Source: Opitutales bacterium
Lineage (GTDB): Bacteria > Verrucomicrobiota > Verrucomicrobiia > Opitutales > Intestinicryptomonadaceae
Reading direction: 5' to 3'
Length of the DNA stretch: 32,000 nucleotides
Assembly: GCA_044433115.1 (NCBI GenBank)
Contig: JAWXTY010000017.1
Location: forward strand, 6,382-38,381
A program made the position numbers and the translations under genes. Under the pieces are notes generated by a model, which was given only the letters and a program-made list of their open reading frames with translations, was not told where the DNA came from and searched no databases. Shown here piece by piece: positions 17,295-26,721 of this stretch; the stretch's first letter is position 1, and the number at the start of each line of letters is the position of its first letter.

Positions 17295-17323
17295 TGACAA
17301 ATAGTCAAATAATTACGATTATT
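17295..17323 (+). promoter_or_regulatory. Candidate sigma70-type promoter for mreB (TTGACA-17 nt-GATTAT)
   Basis: TTGACA is at 17295-17300, the spacer is 17 nt, and GATTAT is at 17318-17323, about 60 nt upstream of the mreB ATG. The -35 is part of the inverted repeat TTGAC-AAATA-GTCAA. Confidence 0.4.
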
Positions 17324-17381
17324 ACATTGCGATTATTAAAATATAATCGATTAAAATATTAATTTCTTCACTTAAAATTTC

Positions 17382-18401
17382 ATGGCAGATTTCTTAAAAA
17401 ATATGTGGTCTAACGATGTGGGTATAGACTTAGGTACAGCAAACACACTTGTATTCGCAAAAAATAGGGGCATTATTTGTAGTGAACCGAGCGTTGTGGC
17501 TGTTTACAACAAATCAAAGAAGGTCTTGGCTGTAGGCGATAAAGCGAAGAGTATGTTGGGGCGTACCCCTGGCAATATCACAGCTATACGCCCTATGAAA
17601 GATGGCGTTATTGCTGACTTTGAAATCACAGAACAGATGCTTAGATATTTTATAAATAAGGCATCGAACTCTATGCGTTTGGTAGCTCCAAGGGTAGTAG
17701 TGGCTGTTCCTTCTGGTATCACAGAAGTTGAAAGGCGTGCTGTAAAAGACTCAGCTATAATTGCTGGAGCAAAATCTGTATATTTAGTGCAAGAGCCACT
17801 TGCAGCTGCAATGGGCATAGATTTACCTATAAGCGAACCTCCAGCGACTATGGTTGTTGACATAGGCGGTGGTACTACTGAAGTTGCTGTTATTTCATTA
17901 TCTGGTATAGTTTACACAAAGAGTGTTCGCATAGGTGGAGATAAGATTGATGACGCTATAATTCAATATATGAAAAAGGCGTATAACTTATTGATAGGCG
18001 AAAGAACTGCAGAAGAAATTAAAATACGCATAGGTTCAGCTTATCCTTTAGAGGAGGAATTGAAGATGGAAGTTAAAGGTAGAGACTCTCAAATTGGCTT
18101 GCCTAAGACTTTGATAATTACTTCTGAAGAAATTAGAGAGGCTTTGTCTGAAAAGGTAAGTGCTATAGTTGATGTAATTAAGGAAGCTTTAGAGCATTGT
18201 CCTCCAGAACACGCTGCTGACTTGATGGATAGAGGGATTGCCCTTGCAGGAGGCGGAGCTTTGATACGTGGTTTAACAAGAAGAATTAGCGAAACAACTG
18301 GGCTAACTTGCTTTGTTGGCGAAGACCCACTTAATGCAGTTGTAAATGGAACAGGCAGAATTTTAGAACACTTTAACTGGTGGACTAATGATAACGATTA
18401 A
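17382..18401 (+). CDS. mreB: Rod shape-determining protein MreB
   Basis: 339 aa. GIDLGTANTLV, AIRPMKDGVIADF, VVDIGGGTTEVAVISL and LAGGGALIRGL are actin-fold MreB blocks. Confidence 0.95.
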   Translation: MADFLKNMWSNDVGIDLGTANTLVFAKNRGIICSEPSVVAVYNKSKKVLAVGDKAKSMLGRTPGNITAIRPMKDGVIADFEITEQMLRYFINKASNSMRLVAPRVVVAVPSGITEVERRAVKDSAIIAGAKSVYLVQEPLAAAMGIDLPISEPPATMVVDIGGGTTEVAVISLSGIVYTKSVRIGGDKIDDAIIQYMKKAYNLLIGERTAEEIKIRIGSAYPLEEELKMEVKGRDSQIGLPKTLIITSEEIREALSEKVSAIVDVIKEALEHCPPEHAADLMDRGIALAGGGALIRGLTRRISETTGLTCFVGEDPLNAVVNGTGRILEHFNWWTNDND

Positions 18402-18413
18402 AATTTGTAGGAA

Positions 18414-19256
18414 TTGCTAAGCACACGTACAAAGACTTTAAGGGATTTGGCAATATTTATTGCTGTGGTGCTTTTGTGTTTAGTTGCTCCTCACTTTTTG
18501 AGGACAACAGCTAGCGATATTTTTGGAGAGTTTACTGCCCCCATCGACTCTGTTCCTTCTCAAGTTAGCGATTTAGTTAGCTATTGGGACATACACTCCG
18601 AGTCGAAAAGAGAGCTAATCGAAGCTGGCAGGGACTTGGCTAGATTGAATGCGTCTTATACAAATTTAGTTAGCGAGAACGAATTTTTAAAAGATAAGGT
18701 CTCACGCTACGAGGCTCTTTTGAACTTGCCTTCTACTGTTAAGTTTAACTCAGTTGTAGCAAGGGTAGTGCGTAGAGATATTAGTGCTTGGTGGCAAAAT
18801 ATAGTAATAAGGCGAGGTTCTTTAGACTCTATAAGGGTAGGAGACGCTGTAATTTCTAAATATGGAGTTGTAGGCAGAGTTGTCAAAACTACTTTGAATA
18901 CGAGCGTGGTCGAATTGGTCTCTAGCCCAAGTTTTAGAATGGCAGCATATTTTGAAGGCACAAAGACTCCTGTGATATATAATGGGGTGCAATCTAAGGC
19001 ATTTTCTAGTTATAAGGGCTTTGTAAGTTACGTTCCAAGTATTTATAATGCTAGTTATTCAAAGCCATTGCGTTTGTTTACTTCTGCATTGGCAGGGACA
19101 TTTCCTGAGGGAATTTATATAGGCGAAGTTAGCTCTTTGGATATAGATAGTGATGCGATTTTCAAGATGGGGGCAGTGAGTTTACCTAAAGAGCTTTACG
19201 ATTTACGTGAGGTTGTAGTTTTAGTTCCTTTAAGCGAAGACAGACAAAATGATTAA
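18414..19256 (+). CDS. mreC: Rod shape-determining protein MreC (TTG start)
   Basis: 280 aa with an N-terminal TM segment, a coiled-coil stretch (ENEFLKDKVSRYEALL), then a beta-rich domain (GDAVISKYGVVGRV). It sits between mreB and mreD. Confidence 0.8.
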   Translation: MLSTRTKTLRDLAIFIAVVLLCLVAPHFLRTTASDIFGEFTAPIDSVPSQVSDLVSYWDIHSESKRELIEAGRDLARLNASYTNLVSENEFLKDKVSRYEALLNLPSTVKFNSVVARVVRRDISAWWQNIVIRRGSLDSIRVGDAVISKYGVVGRVVKTTLNTSVVELVSSPSFRMAAYFEGTKTPVIYNGVQSKAFSSYKGFVSYVPSIYNASYSKPLRLFTSALAGTFPEGIYIGEVSSLDIDSDAIFKMGAVSLPKELYDLREVVVLVPLSEDRQND

Positions 19257-19785
19257 GGTTTTTGATATTAGACCCTTTGTTATGCTCTTGATAAATTTTG
19301 TGATGATATTTGTCTTGTACTCTCTTAATGACTTGTTGAGCTTTAGTGGGATATATTTGATAGTGCCAGTGCTATTTTTGGTAGTTCCTGCAGTTTATTT
19401 GAATACTGCAAAGGCGATGTTTGTGATATGTGCGACAGCCCTTGCGATGGAGTCGCTATTGCCAGTGAGGGCTTTTTCTATTTTAGTTATTTGGCTTTTA
19501 GCTGGATTTTTTTTGAGGACTCAACGCTTTAGATTTGTGAGAATGGGCTTTGCTGAGATATTTTTATTATTGGCAATATTGAATACCTTAATGATATTTA
19601 GCTATGGGATATTTTTCTTTAGTTCTAATATGGATTTTTTAGCTTATGCTTTTAAAATTTTTAACGACGCCTTTTTTTCTGTGCTATTTTTGATTTATAC
19701 TTCTTCGTATGTAATATTTTTGCATAGGGCAATTTTCAATGTATTGGGCTTGGAATTGAGCGTAGAAAAGGCGTATTTATGCTAA
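19249..19785 (+). CDS. mreD: Rod shape-determining protein MreD-like membrane protein
   Basis: 178 aa and entirely hydrophobic with about 5 TM segments. It overlaps the mreC stop by 8 nt and the mrdA start by 7 nt. The call rests on position and topology. Confidence 0.65.
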   Translation: MIKVFDIRPFVMLLINFVMIFVLYSLNDLLSFSGIYLIVPVLFLVVPAVYLNTAKAMFVICATALAMESLLPVRAFSILVIWLLAGFFLRTQRFRFVRMGFAEIFLLLAILNTLMIFSYGIFFFSSNMDFLAYAFKIFNDAFFSVLFLIYTSSYVIFLHRAIFNVLGLELSVEKAYLC

Positions 19786-21689
19786 ATAAAGTTAAAGTAG
19801 AGCGACATATACACACGAATTGGCGTATAGTTTTCTTTGTGCCAATCTTTTTGCTTATGTTTTTGATATTGCTTGGCTCTTTGGCGTATAGGCAATTATT
19901 CTCTTATGATACTTTTATGCAAAAGTCTGATATGCAGATTTTAAGGCGAATTATTAAACCAGGGGCAAGGGGCGATATTTTAGATAGAGAAGGCAATGTG
20001 CTTGTTTCTAATAGACCAAGATTTTCGGTAGTGGTATACTTCAATGAAATACGCTTGGAGTTTAGGCGTAAGTTTATAGAGTTGAAAAAAGAGGCAAAGG
20101 AAATCCCTAATTCACCATTGGCTAAGATGAAGCTTGACGACTTTATTATACATACAAGGAAAGTTGTGCTAGAGGAATATATGGCTAAAATTAATAATAT
20201 TTTAGGCACGAATTACCAACTCAATGTAAAAGAATTTAGCAAGCACTTTACTGAAAAAATGTTTTTGCCTTATCCTATTATAGAAGATTTAACTGACGAG
20301 CAATACACTATACTTGCTGAGAAATTGCCAGTTGACAGCCCTGTTCAGGTTTATTGCGACTCAGTTCGAAGCTACCCAAATGGCAGCGTTGCCGCCCACA
20401 TTTTAGGATATATAAGAAAAGAGGATAAGGCTGATACTACTGGTATTGATGGTGAGGATTTGAGGACTTATTTCTTTGAGGGGAAAGTTGGTAGAACTGG
20501 CGTTGAAAGATTTTTCGATGAGACTTTAAAGGGGGTAAATGGAATGCAAATTTGGGTAGTTGACCCACAGGGTTTTCAGTACGACTTGGTACAGGAAATT
20601 AGCCCTAAAAAGGGGCAGAGCCTTTCTTTATCTTTAGACTTAGATATGCAAAAGACAGCCGAAAAGGCTTTTGGCACAAGAAGGGGGGCATTGGTGGCTA
20701 TGGATATTTACACTGGCGAAGTTTTGGCTATGGTATCAAAGCCTGACTATGACTTAAACGATCTTTCGCCTTCTATACCTCCGAGTGTTTTTAATGAAAT
20801 TGAAAAAAATGGAGCTTGGCTAAATAGGGCTATGCAAGCGTCGTATCCCCCAGGTTCTACCTTCAAGTTGGTTAGCACAATTGCAGCTATGCGAGCTGAG
20901 ACTTTAGACCCACACGAATGTGTAAATTGCAAAGGCTTTGTGATGGTAGGAAATAGAAAATTCCCTTGTAATAGCAGGTGGGGACACGGCGAAGTCGACT
21001 TAGAAAAGGCTATATCTAAAAGCTGTAATGTCTATTTTTACGAAAAGGGCGAGGAAGCTTCTATAGAATTTATAAGCGATACAGCACGTATATTTGGGCT
21101 AGACGAAAAGACTGAAGTTAATCTACCTTTTGAAAACGCAAAGGTGCTTGTTCCAGATAGACAATATAAAAAAGATAACTTTCTTGGCTCTTGGACTATG
21201 GGAGACACTGCAAATACTTCTATAGGGCAGGGCTATCTCTTGCAAACGCCACTGCAAATGGCTTGCTTTATATCTAGCTTAGCTAGAAAAGAAACGAGGA
21301 CAAAACCTTCTATAACTAGAGAGATTTTGGGGGCGACCGACGCTACATATCATAACGCAAAGCCACTTCCTATTAGCGACGAGAACTATAAGGTTATAGT
21401 TGAAGCAATGAAAAAGACTGTTACAGAAGGTACAGGCAAGTCTGCAAGAAGTGATATAGTAGAAATAGCTGCAAAGACAGGTACGGCTCAATTTAAAGTT
21501 GCAGGAAAACCAGTGAACTTGGCTTGGATTATAGCTTTTGCTCCTGCTGATAAACCAGAAATTGCAATGGCAGTGATGGTAGAGGGCGACTCTGTAGGCG
21601 ACGTAAGTGGAGGATTAACTACAGGTCCTATAGCTAAGGAGGTCTTTGAAAGCTACTTTATAAAGAAACCTAAGGCAACTTGGAAATGA
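19779..21689 (+). CDS. mrdA: Penicillin-binding protein 2 (elongasome transpeptidase)
   Basis: 636 aa with an N-terminal TM anchor and the transpeptidase motifs STFK (PPGSTFKLVS), SxN (SKSCNVY) and KTG (AAKTGTAQ). Confidence 0.9.
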   Translation: MLNKVKVERHIHTNWRIVFFVPIFLLMFLILLGSLAYRQLFSYDTFMQKSDMQILRRIIKPGARGDILDREGNVLVSNRPRFSVVVYFNEIRLEFRRKFIELKKEAKEIPNSPLAKMKLDDFIIHTRKVVLEEYMAKINNILGTNYQLNVKEFSKHFTEKMFLPYPIIEDLTDEQYTILAEKLPVDSPVQVYCDSVRSYPNGSVAAHILGYIRKEDKADTTGIDGEDLRTYFFEGKVGRTGVERFFDETLKGVNGMQIWVVDPQGFQYDLVQEISPKKGQSLSLSLDLDMQKTAEKAFGTRRGALVAMDIYTGEVLAMVSKPDYDLNDLSPSIPPSVFNEIEKNGAWLNRAMQASYPPGSTFKLVSTIAAMRAETLDPHECVNCKGFVMVGNRKFPCNSRWGHGEVDLEKAISKSCNVYFYEKGEEASIEFISDTARIFGLDEKTEVNLPFENAKVLVPDRQYKKDNFLGSWTMGDTANTSIGQGYLLQTPLQMACFISSLARKETRTKPSITREILGATDATYHNAKPLPISDENYKVIVEAMKKTVTEGTGKSARSDIVEIAAKTGTAQFKVAGKPVNLAWIIAFAPADKPEIAMAVMVEGDSVGDVSGGLTTGPIAKEVFESYFIKKPKATWK

Positions 21690-23095
21690 TAAACAAACTT
21701 AGAAGCATTGTAAAAACTAGCAAGGTTCTTTCGGACAAAGAGTCCTTGTTTAATGCGTCTTATGATAATACTCGCTTTTCTTTCTTGCCCGAAGTTGTTG
21801 TAAAAATCAAAGAAGAAGACGATATTGCAAGCGTGCTGAAATTTGCCTATGCAAACGATATAGCCATCACCCCAAGAGGTGCAGGAACAGGTTGCTGTGG
21901 GGGTGCTTTGCCTATAAAGGGAGGAATGGTTTTAGACTTTGGCGAATATGATAAAATTTCTATAGACCCACTTTCTAAGGTAGCAAATGTGCAAGCTGGG
22001 GCAATTACTGCAAATGTCAATAAGAGAGCTAATGAATGTGGGCTATTTTACCCACCAGACCCATCTTCTGACAAATACTCAACTATAGGGGGCAACATCG
22101 CTTGTAACGCAGGGGGCTTGAGGGCTTGTAAATACTTTACCACAAGGGATTATTTACTTAGTGCCACAGCATTTTTGGCAAATGGGGAGCGACTCGAATT
22201 ATCCTTAGACTTGAAGAAATGTGCCATAGGCTATAACTTACGAGACTTGCTTGTAGGCTCTGAAGGCACGCTTGCAGTTATTTCAAGAGTGTCATTGCGA
22301 TTGCTAGATTTACCTAAATTTCGCTTAGCTTGCCTTGGAACTTTTAAAACTCAAGACGAGGCTTTTGACTCAATTAATGAAATTTTAAAATCACACTTAA
22401 AGCCATCTATATTTGAATTTATGGACGCTCAAAGCTACTATGCTGGGCAAAAATATATGGGAAAATCTGATTGTAATAGCGAAACTTGCTCTGTTTTGCT
22501 GGAATTTGATGGCAATGATAAGAGGGATATAGATGGCTCTTTTGAGGAGTTGAAAGCTCTTGATTGTGGGCAGAATTTTGTATTTGCCAAAGATGAAAAC
22601 GAGAGCCAAGCCTTGTGGCAACTTCGAAAAATTTGTAGCCAAGCTTCTTATTTATATGCAGATACAAAGCTAAATCAAGATATAGTTTTGCCCTTTGATA
22701 GAGCCAAAGATTTCTTTATAGAATTTAAGGCAAAGTGCAAGCAAGGGGGATTTTATAGCCCAACTTTCGGACACTGTGGCGATGGTAATTATCATATACA
22801 TATAATGTATGACTCGAAAAATTCAAGCCAAGAACAGAGGGCTAAGGCTCTTATGAGTAGTATTATAGAGAGGGTTGTGGAACTTGGAGGAGCGATTTCT
22901 GGCGAACACGCAATAGGGCTTTCTAAGCTCAAATATATGCACTTGCAACACTCAAAGGCAACTTTGAGCCTAATGAAGTCTATTAAAAACACCCTAGACC
23001 CCAAAGATATACTCAACTCCCAAAAAGTTCTCGGCAACTTCGACCTCTACCAACACACCCCCCTAAAATCCCTCAAAACCCCTTGGGATAAGTAA
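21686..23095 (+). CDS. FAD-binding oxidoreductase, GlcD/D-lactate dehydrogenase family
   Basis: About 470 aa. It has an FAD_binding_4-type N-terminus (ITPRGAGTGCCGGALP) and a C-terminal FAD-oxidase domain (GGAISGEHAIGLSK). The ORF track starts at TTG 21680. The ATG at 21686 forms an ATGA overlap with the mrdA stop and is the likelier start. Confidence 0.8.
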   Translation: MINKLRSIVKTSKVLSDKESLFNASYDNTRFSFLPEVVVKIKEEDDIASVLKFAYANDIAITPRGAGTGCCGGALPIKGGMVLDFGEYDKISIDPLSKVANVQAGAITANVNKRANECGLFYPPDPSSDKYSTIGGNIACNAGGLRACKYFTTRDYLLSATAFLANGERLELSLDLKKCAIGYNLRDLLVGSEGTLAVISRVSLRLLDLPKFRLACLGTFKTQDEAFDSINEILKSHLKPSIFEFMDAQSYYAGQKYMGKSDCNSETCSVLLEFDGNDKRDIDGSFEELKALDCGQNFVFAKDENESQALWQLRKICSQASYLYADTKLNQDIVLPFDRAKDFFIEFKAKCKQGGFYSPTFGHCGDGNYHIHIMYDSKNSSQEQRAKALMSSIIERVVELGGAISGEHAIGLSKLKYMHLQHSKATLSLMKSIKNTLDPKDILNSQKVLGNFDLYQHTPLKSLKTPWDK

Positions 23096-23108
23096 AAAAG
23101 GCGAAGCC

Positions 23109-24374
23109 CTATTTTCGAACCTGTCCTGTGCCTGTGATTTTATATTTGTAGGTGCAGAGTTCTTTGAGACCCATAGGTCCTCTGGCGTGGAGTCTGTCGG
23201 TGCTGATACCGATTTCTGCCCCTAAGCCGAACTCGTAGCCATCTGTAAATCTAGTTGAGGCGTTCCAATATACGCAAGAGCTATCTATTTGATTTAGGAA
23301 AGCTTGGGCATTTTCTACATTTTCTGTAACAATACTATCGCTGTGCGATGAGCTATGCTCGTTTACAAAACTTAGGGCTTCTTCAAAAGAGTCAACGACT
23401 TTTATAGAGATGATATAGTCAGTATATTCTGTGTAGAAGTCCTCTTGAGTTGCGTCAGTTGTAGCAAAGCCTTTGTCGTTTAGAATTGTTTTAGAGATTT
23501 CGTCGCAACGCATTTCTACATTAGAAGCCACAAAGCCTTGGGCAACTAAAGGCAAGAAGTCTTGGGTTATATCTTTGTGTAGAACCAAGTTTTCGATGGC
23601 ATTGCATACGCCAGCTCTTTGGCATTTTGCGTTTAGGGCAATGTCTTTTGCCATTTCTAAAGAAGCCTCTTTGTCTATATATAAATTACAAAGTCCTTTG
23701 TAGTGCTTAATTACAGGTATGTTTGAATTTTCGCATACGAAGCGTATCAAGCCTTCGCCACCACGAGGGATAATGCAGTGTACGTAGTCGTTTAGCTTTA
23801 GTAGCTCGTTTAGGGCTTTTCTGTCTGTAGTAGGTATTAGCTGTATTGCGTATTCAGTTACGCCACAAAGCCTTAGGGCTTCGGCGATGATTTTTGCAAA
23901 AATAGTATTCGTATAAAAAGCCTCTTTGCCCCCTCTAAGTATTGAAACATTGCCACTTTTTAGGCAAAGAACAGCACAGTCTATAGTAACATTTGGGCGA
24001 CTTTCGTAGATGATACCTACAACACCTATAGCTACAGATACCTTTTGTATAGTCATTCCATTTGGGTGCGTTTGCTCGCTTAAAATTTCGCCAACTGGGT
24101 CAGGTAGTTGGGCAACTTCCTTTACGCCTTGGGCGATTTTTTCTATAGAAGAAGCACTTAGAGTGAGCCTATCTATCATAGCCATAGTCAAGCCTGCAGT
24201 CTTTGCATTTTCTATGTCTATAGCATTTTGAGCTAGGATTTCGCCTTGCTTTTCTATGAGAACTTGGGCGATTTTTGCCAAGACTTCGTTTTTCTTTTCG
24301 CTAGAGAGATTTGCAACTTCATAAGAAGCCTCTTTAGCCTTCTTCGCCATATCTAATATTGAAAATTCTGACAT
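23109..24374 (-). CDS. proA: Glutamate-5-semialdehyde dehydrogenase (gamma-glutamyl phosphate reductase)
   Basis: 421 aa with full-length ProA similarity (IYESRPNVT, LRGGKEA, IPRGGEGLI, CNAIENLLV-type block, HSDSIVT, NASTRFTDG). Confidence 0.95.
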   Translation of the reverse strand: MSEFSILDMAKKAKEASYEVANLSSEKKNEVLAKIAQVLIEKQGEILAQNAIDIENAKTAGLTMAMIDRLTLSASSIEKIAQGVKEVAQLPDPVGEILSEQTHPNGMTIQKVSVAIGVVGIIYESRPNVTIDCAVLCLKSGNVSILRGGKEAFYTNTIFAKIIAEALRLCGVTEYAIQLIPTTDRKALNELLKLNDYVHCIIPRGGEGLIRFVCENSNIPVIKHYKGLCNLYIDKEASLEMAKDIALNAKCQRAGVCNAIENLVLHKDITQDFLPLVAQGFVASNVEMRCDEISKTILNDKGFATTDATQEDFYTEYTDYIISIKVVDSFEEALSFVNEHSSSHSDSIVTENVENAQAFLNQIDSSCVYWNASTRFTDGYEFGLGAEIGISTDRLHARGPMGLKELCTYKYKITGTGQVRK

Positions 24375-24379
24375 AGTTT

Positions 24380-25345
24380 TTATAAATTTGAAATTTTAAT
24401 TAGCTTTTCCACTCTATTTTCGACTTCTTGCATACCAAGCTTTTCGAGTTGCCTACAAGAGAAATCTTCCACAGTCATTGAGGCAGTCGCACTTGCATAA
24501 TACATTGCTCTTTTCATAGTCTCAAAATCAGTGTTGCCCTTCGACGCTATGTATCCAAGCATTGCACCTGCATAAGAGTCGCCAGCTCCAGTTGGGTCTT
24601 TTAGCTCTAGCACTGGGTAGGAAGGGGCAATGAACATATCGTCTTTACTAAATAGAACAGAGCCGTGTTCGCCCTTTTTAATTAGTACGCTCTTTGCTCC
24701 CATTTCCACAATCTTCTTTGCTGCAATGAAGATATTTTCTTCGCCAGTTAAAAGCTCAGACTCAGAGTCATTAAGGATAAATAAGTCTACCTTAGGCATA
24801 ACATTTAGCAAGTCAGGCTTTGCGATATTTATCCACAAGTCCATTGTATCTAGGATTACAAATTCAGGGGAATTTAGTTGCTCTAAGCAAGAATTTTGCA
24901 ATGCAGGCGATATATTTGCGAGCAATACATACTTAGAAGCCTTTAGACTATCTGGCAAAATTGGATTGAAATGCTCGAATACATTTAGCTGCACTTCGAG
25001 AGTCTCACGCCTATTGAAATTGTCGAGATACTTGCCACTCCAAAAAAAGGTGTCGCCTGAATTATCCACTTGCAAGGCACTTAGGTCTATGTCTCTACTT
25101 TTTAGCAAATTCATATCCTTTTCATTAAAGTCTTTACCTACAACGCCAAGCATCGCAGCTTGAGTGAAATAGGAACAAGCCAAGCTTGCATAGCTTGCAG
25201 AACCTCCTAAAATGTTATCTTCTTTTGCGTAGCGAGTTTCGATATTATCATACGCCACTGAACCTAAAACTAATACTTTTTCTTTCATTATCTCTATTGT
25301 GGGGGCTTTAAAAAATTGGTTTTTTATAGGAAGCAAAAATTTCAT
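24380..25345 (-). CDS. PfkB-family carbohydrate kinase
   Basis: It carries the ribokinase-like motifs GGSASYAS and DPTGAGDSYAGAMLGY. The 321-aa ORF has a poorly conserved 19-aa leader. The Met at 25288 (MKEKVLVLGS) is a plausible true start. It ends 5 nt before proA. Confidence 0.85.
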   Translation of the reverse strand: MKFLLPIKNQFFKAPTIEIMKEKVLVLGSVAYDNIETRYAKEDNILGGSASYASLACSYFTQAAMLGVVGKDFNEKDMNLLKSRDIDLSALQVDNSGDTFFWSGKYLDNFNRRETLEVQLNVFEHFNPILPDSLKASKYVLLANISPALQNSCLEQLNSPEFVILDTMDLWINIAKPDLLNVMPKVDLFILNDSESELLTGEENIFIAAKKIVEMGAKSVLIKKGEHGSVLFSKDDMFIAPSYPVLELKDPTGAGDSYAGAMLGYIASKGNTDFETMKRAMYYASATASMTVEDFSCRQLEKLGMQEVENRVEKLIKISNL

Positions 25346-25360
25346 TTTTGCATTAAAATA

Positions 25361-25585
25361 AGCTATAATTGCTCTTTTTTATTTATTTTTGCTTGAATTT
25401 CCTTGTTTTTACGTTAAATAATTGCATTATTCGCCTTGAAAAACAAGAAAATTACGCTAAAAATAAACTAAAAAATAACTAATTGCCAATTTTTAAAAGC
25501 TCCCAATAAACTATACATTTCATAAAAATAGAAAAGCAAAAAATACACTTGCCCTTTAGTTTAGGATTTAATAGCGTTATTTTCT
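25361..25585 (+). repeat. Intergenic promoter/leader cassette, copy C (upstream of the histidine kinase)
   Basis: Collinear with copies A and B but more diverged. It has TTGCTCTTTTTT, the palindrome AATAATTGCATTATT (25417-25431), TTGAAA (25436-25441), the A-rich hexamer around 25458-25464, CTAAAAAATAACTAATTGCCAATTTTTAAAAGCTCCC (25468-25504) and AAAAAATACACTTGCC (25538-25553). Confidence 0.7.
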
Positions 25586-26710
25586 ATGCAAGGTTCAGGT
25601 AAAAAAGGCAAATTATTGCGTCTATTAAAGTTAAACAAACGTTTGGCTGACGAAGTTTTGGAATTTCAAACTATCTTCAATTCTCTTGAAGAGTCTGTAA
25701 TTGTATTCAATAAAGAGGGCAAAATCTCTTTTGCAAACAACTCTAGCAAAAAGCTACTTGGCATACCTGAAATATACGAAAATTACCCCCTATATAAACT
25801 CATTCCAAGCCTTGAGCTTGATATAGAAAATTTCCAAGGGCGAGTTCTAAGACGTGAATTTCAAGTTAGCTACCCTGAAGATAGATACTTAAAGTCATAT
25901 TTACTCAGCTTTAAGCAAAGCGAGGCTACCTTCGAATACGAGAAGCTTTGGGTTATAATACTTAGCGACACAACTAAGGAAAGAATTGTGGCTGAAGAAC
26001 TTATAGAAAACGAAAAAATCAATTCCATACTCGATTTAGCCTCAGGTATTGCCCACGAAATAGGTAACCCCCTAAACTCTATGAGTATACACTTGCAACT
26101 AGTCAAGCGTAGTTTAGCGAAGATAGACGACGAAAAGTTGCGAGGGCAAATAGAAAATTCTATAGAGATTTGCAAGAGCGAAACGAAGCGTCTCGATGGC
26201 ATTGTTAAAAATTTCCTAAAGGCTATACGCCCCCAAAAGGCTATATTAGTAGAAATGAACGCAATTAGCCCACTAATGGAAGTCTTGAAAACTTTGGAAA
26301 TTCAACTTTCAAAACAAGAAATTTCTATAAACATTCAAAGCGAAAATATCCCCCCTGCAATCTTGGGCGACTTTACTTTGTTGCAACAGCTCTACTTTAA
26401 TATAATTAAAAACGCTATCGAGGCAATAGGCTCAAAGGGTAATATAGATATTAAAATTACTAGCGACGACGAATTTTTAAATCTTGCCTTTATCGACAAT
26501 GGCTGTGGTATGTCGCAAGAGAATATTAGTAGGATTTTCGAGCCTTACTACACAAATAAAGAAGAGGGTAATGGCTTAGGTATGATGCTGATAGAGAATA
26601 TAGTTAAGTCCCACAATGGCAAAATTGCCCTCGAGAGCCAAGAGGGAATCGGCACTATGTTAACTATATCCCTTCGCCGCAGCTCCCCAGTCCTCAAACG
26701 CCTAGCTTAG
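25586..26710 (+). CDS. Cytoplasmic PAS-domain sensor histidine kinase (NtrB-like), with no adjacent response regulator
   Basis: 374 aa with no TM segment. H-box HEIGNPLNSM, N-box FNIIKNAIEA, G1 DNGCGM and G2 GNGLGM are present. The N-terminal ~120 aa are PAS-like. Confidence 0.85.
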   Translation: MQGSGKKGKLLRLLKLNKRLADEVLEFQTIFNSLEESVIVFNKEGKISFANNSSKKLLGIPEIYENYPLYKLIPSLELDIENFQGRVLRREFQVSYPEDRYLKSYLLSFKQSEATFEYEKLWVIILSDTTKERIVAEELIENEKINSILDLASGIAHEIGNPLNSMSIHLQLVKRSLAKIDDEKLRGQIENSIEICKSETKRLDGIVKNFLKAIRPQKAILVEMNAISPLMEVLKTLEIQLSKQEISINIQSENIPPAILGDFTLLQQLYFNIIKNAIEAIGSKGNIDIKITSDDEFLNLAFIDNGCGMSQENISRIFEPYYTNKEEGNGLGMMLIENIVKSHNGKIALESQEGIGTMLTISLRRSSPVLKRLA

Positions 26711-26721
26711 TTTATTTTTAT

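Noticed and set aside
25289-25345. A 19-aa N-terminal extension of the PfkB kinase, and the 13-aa extension of the SET protein at 7945-7983.
   Set aside because: Both extensions are non-conserved-looking. The pfkB extension would place the ATG directly against the upstream cassette, and the SET extension would overlap panB by 38 nt. Internal Met codons give conventional N-termini. The longer coordinates are kept in the feature table only because the true start cannot be proven from sequence.
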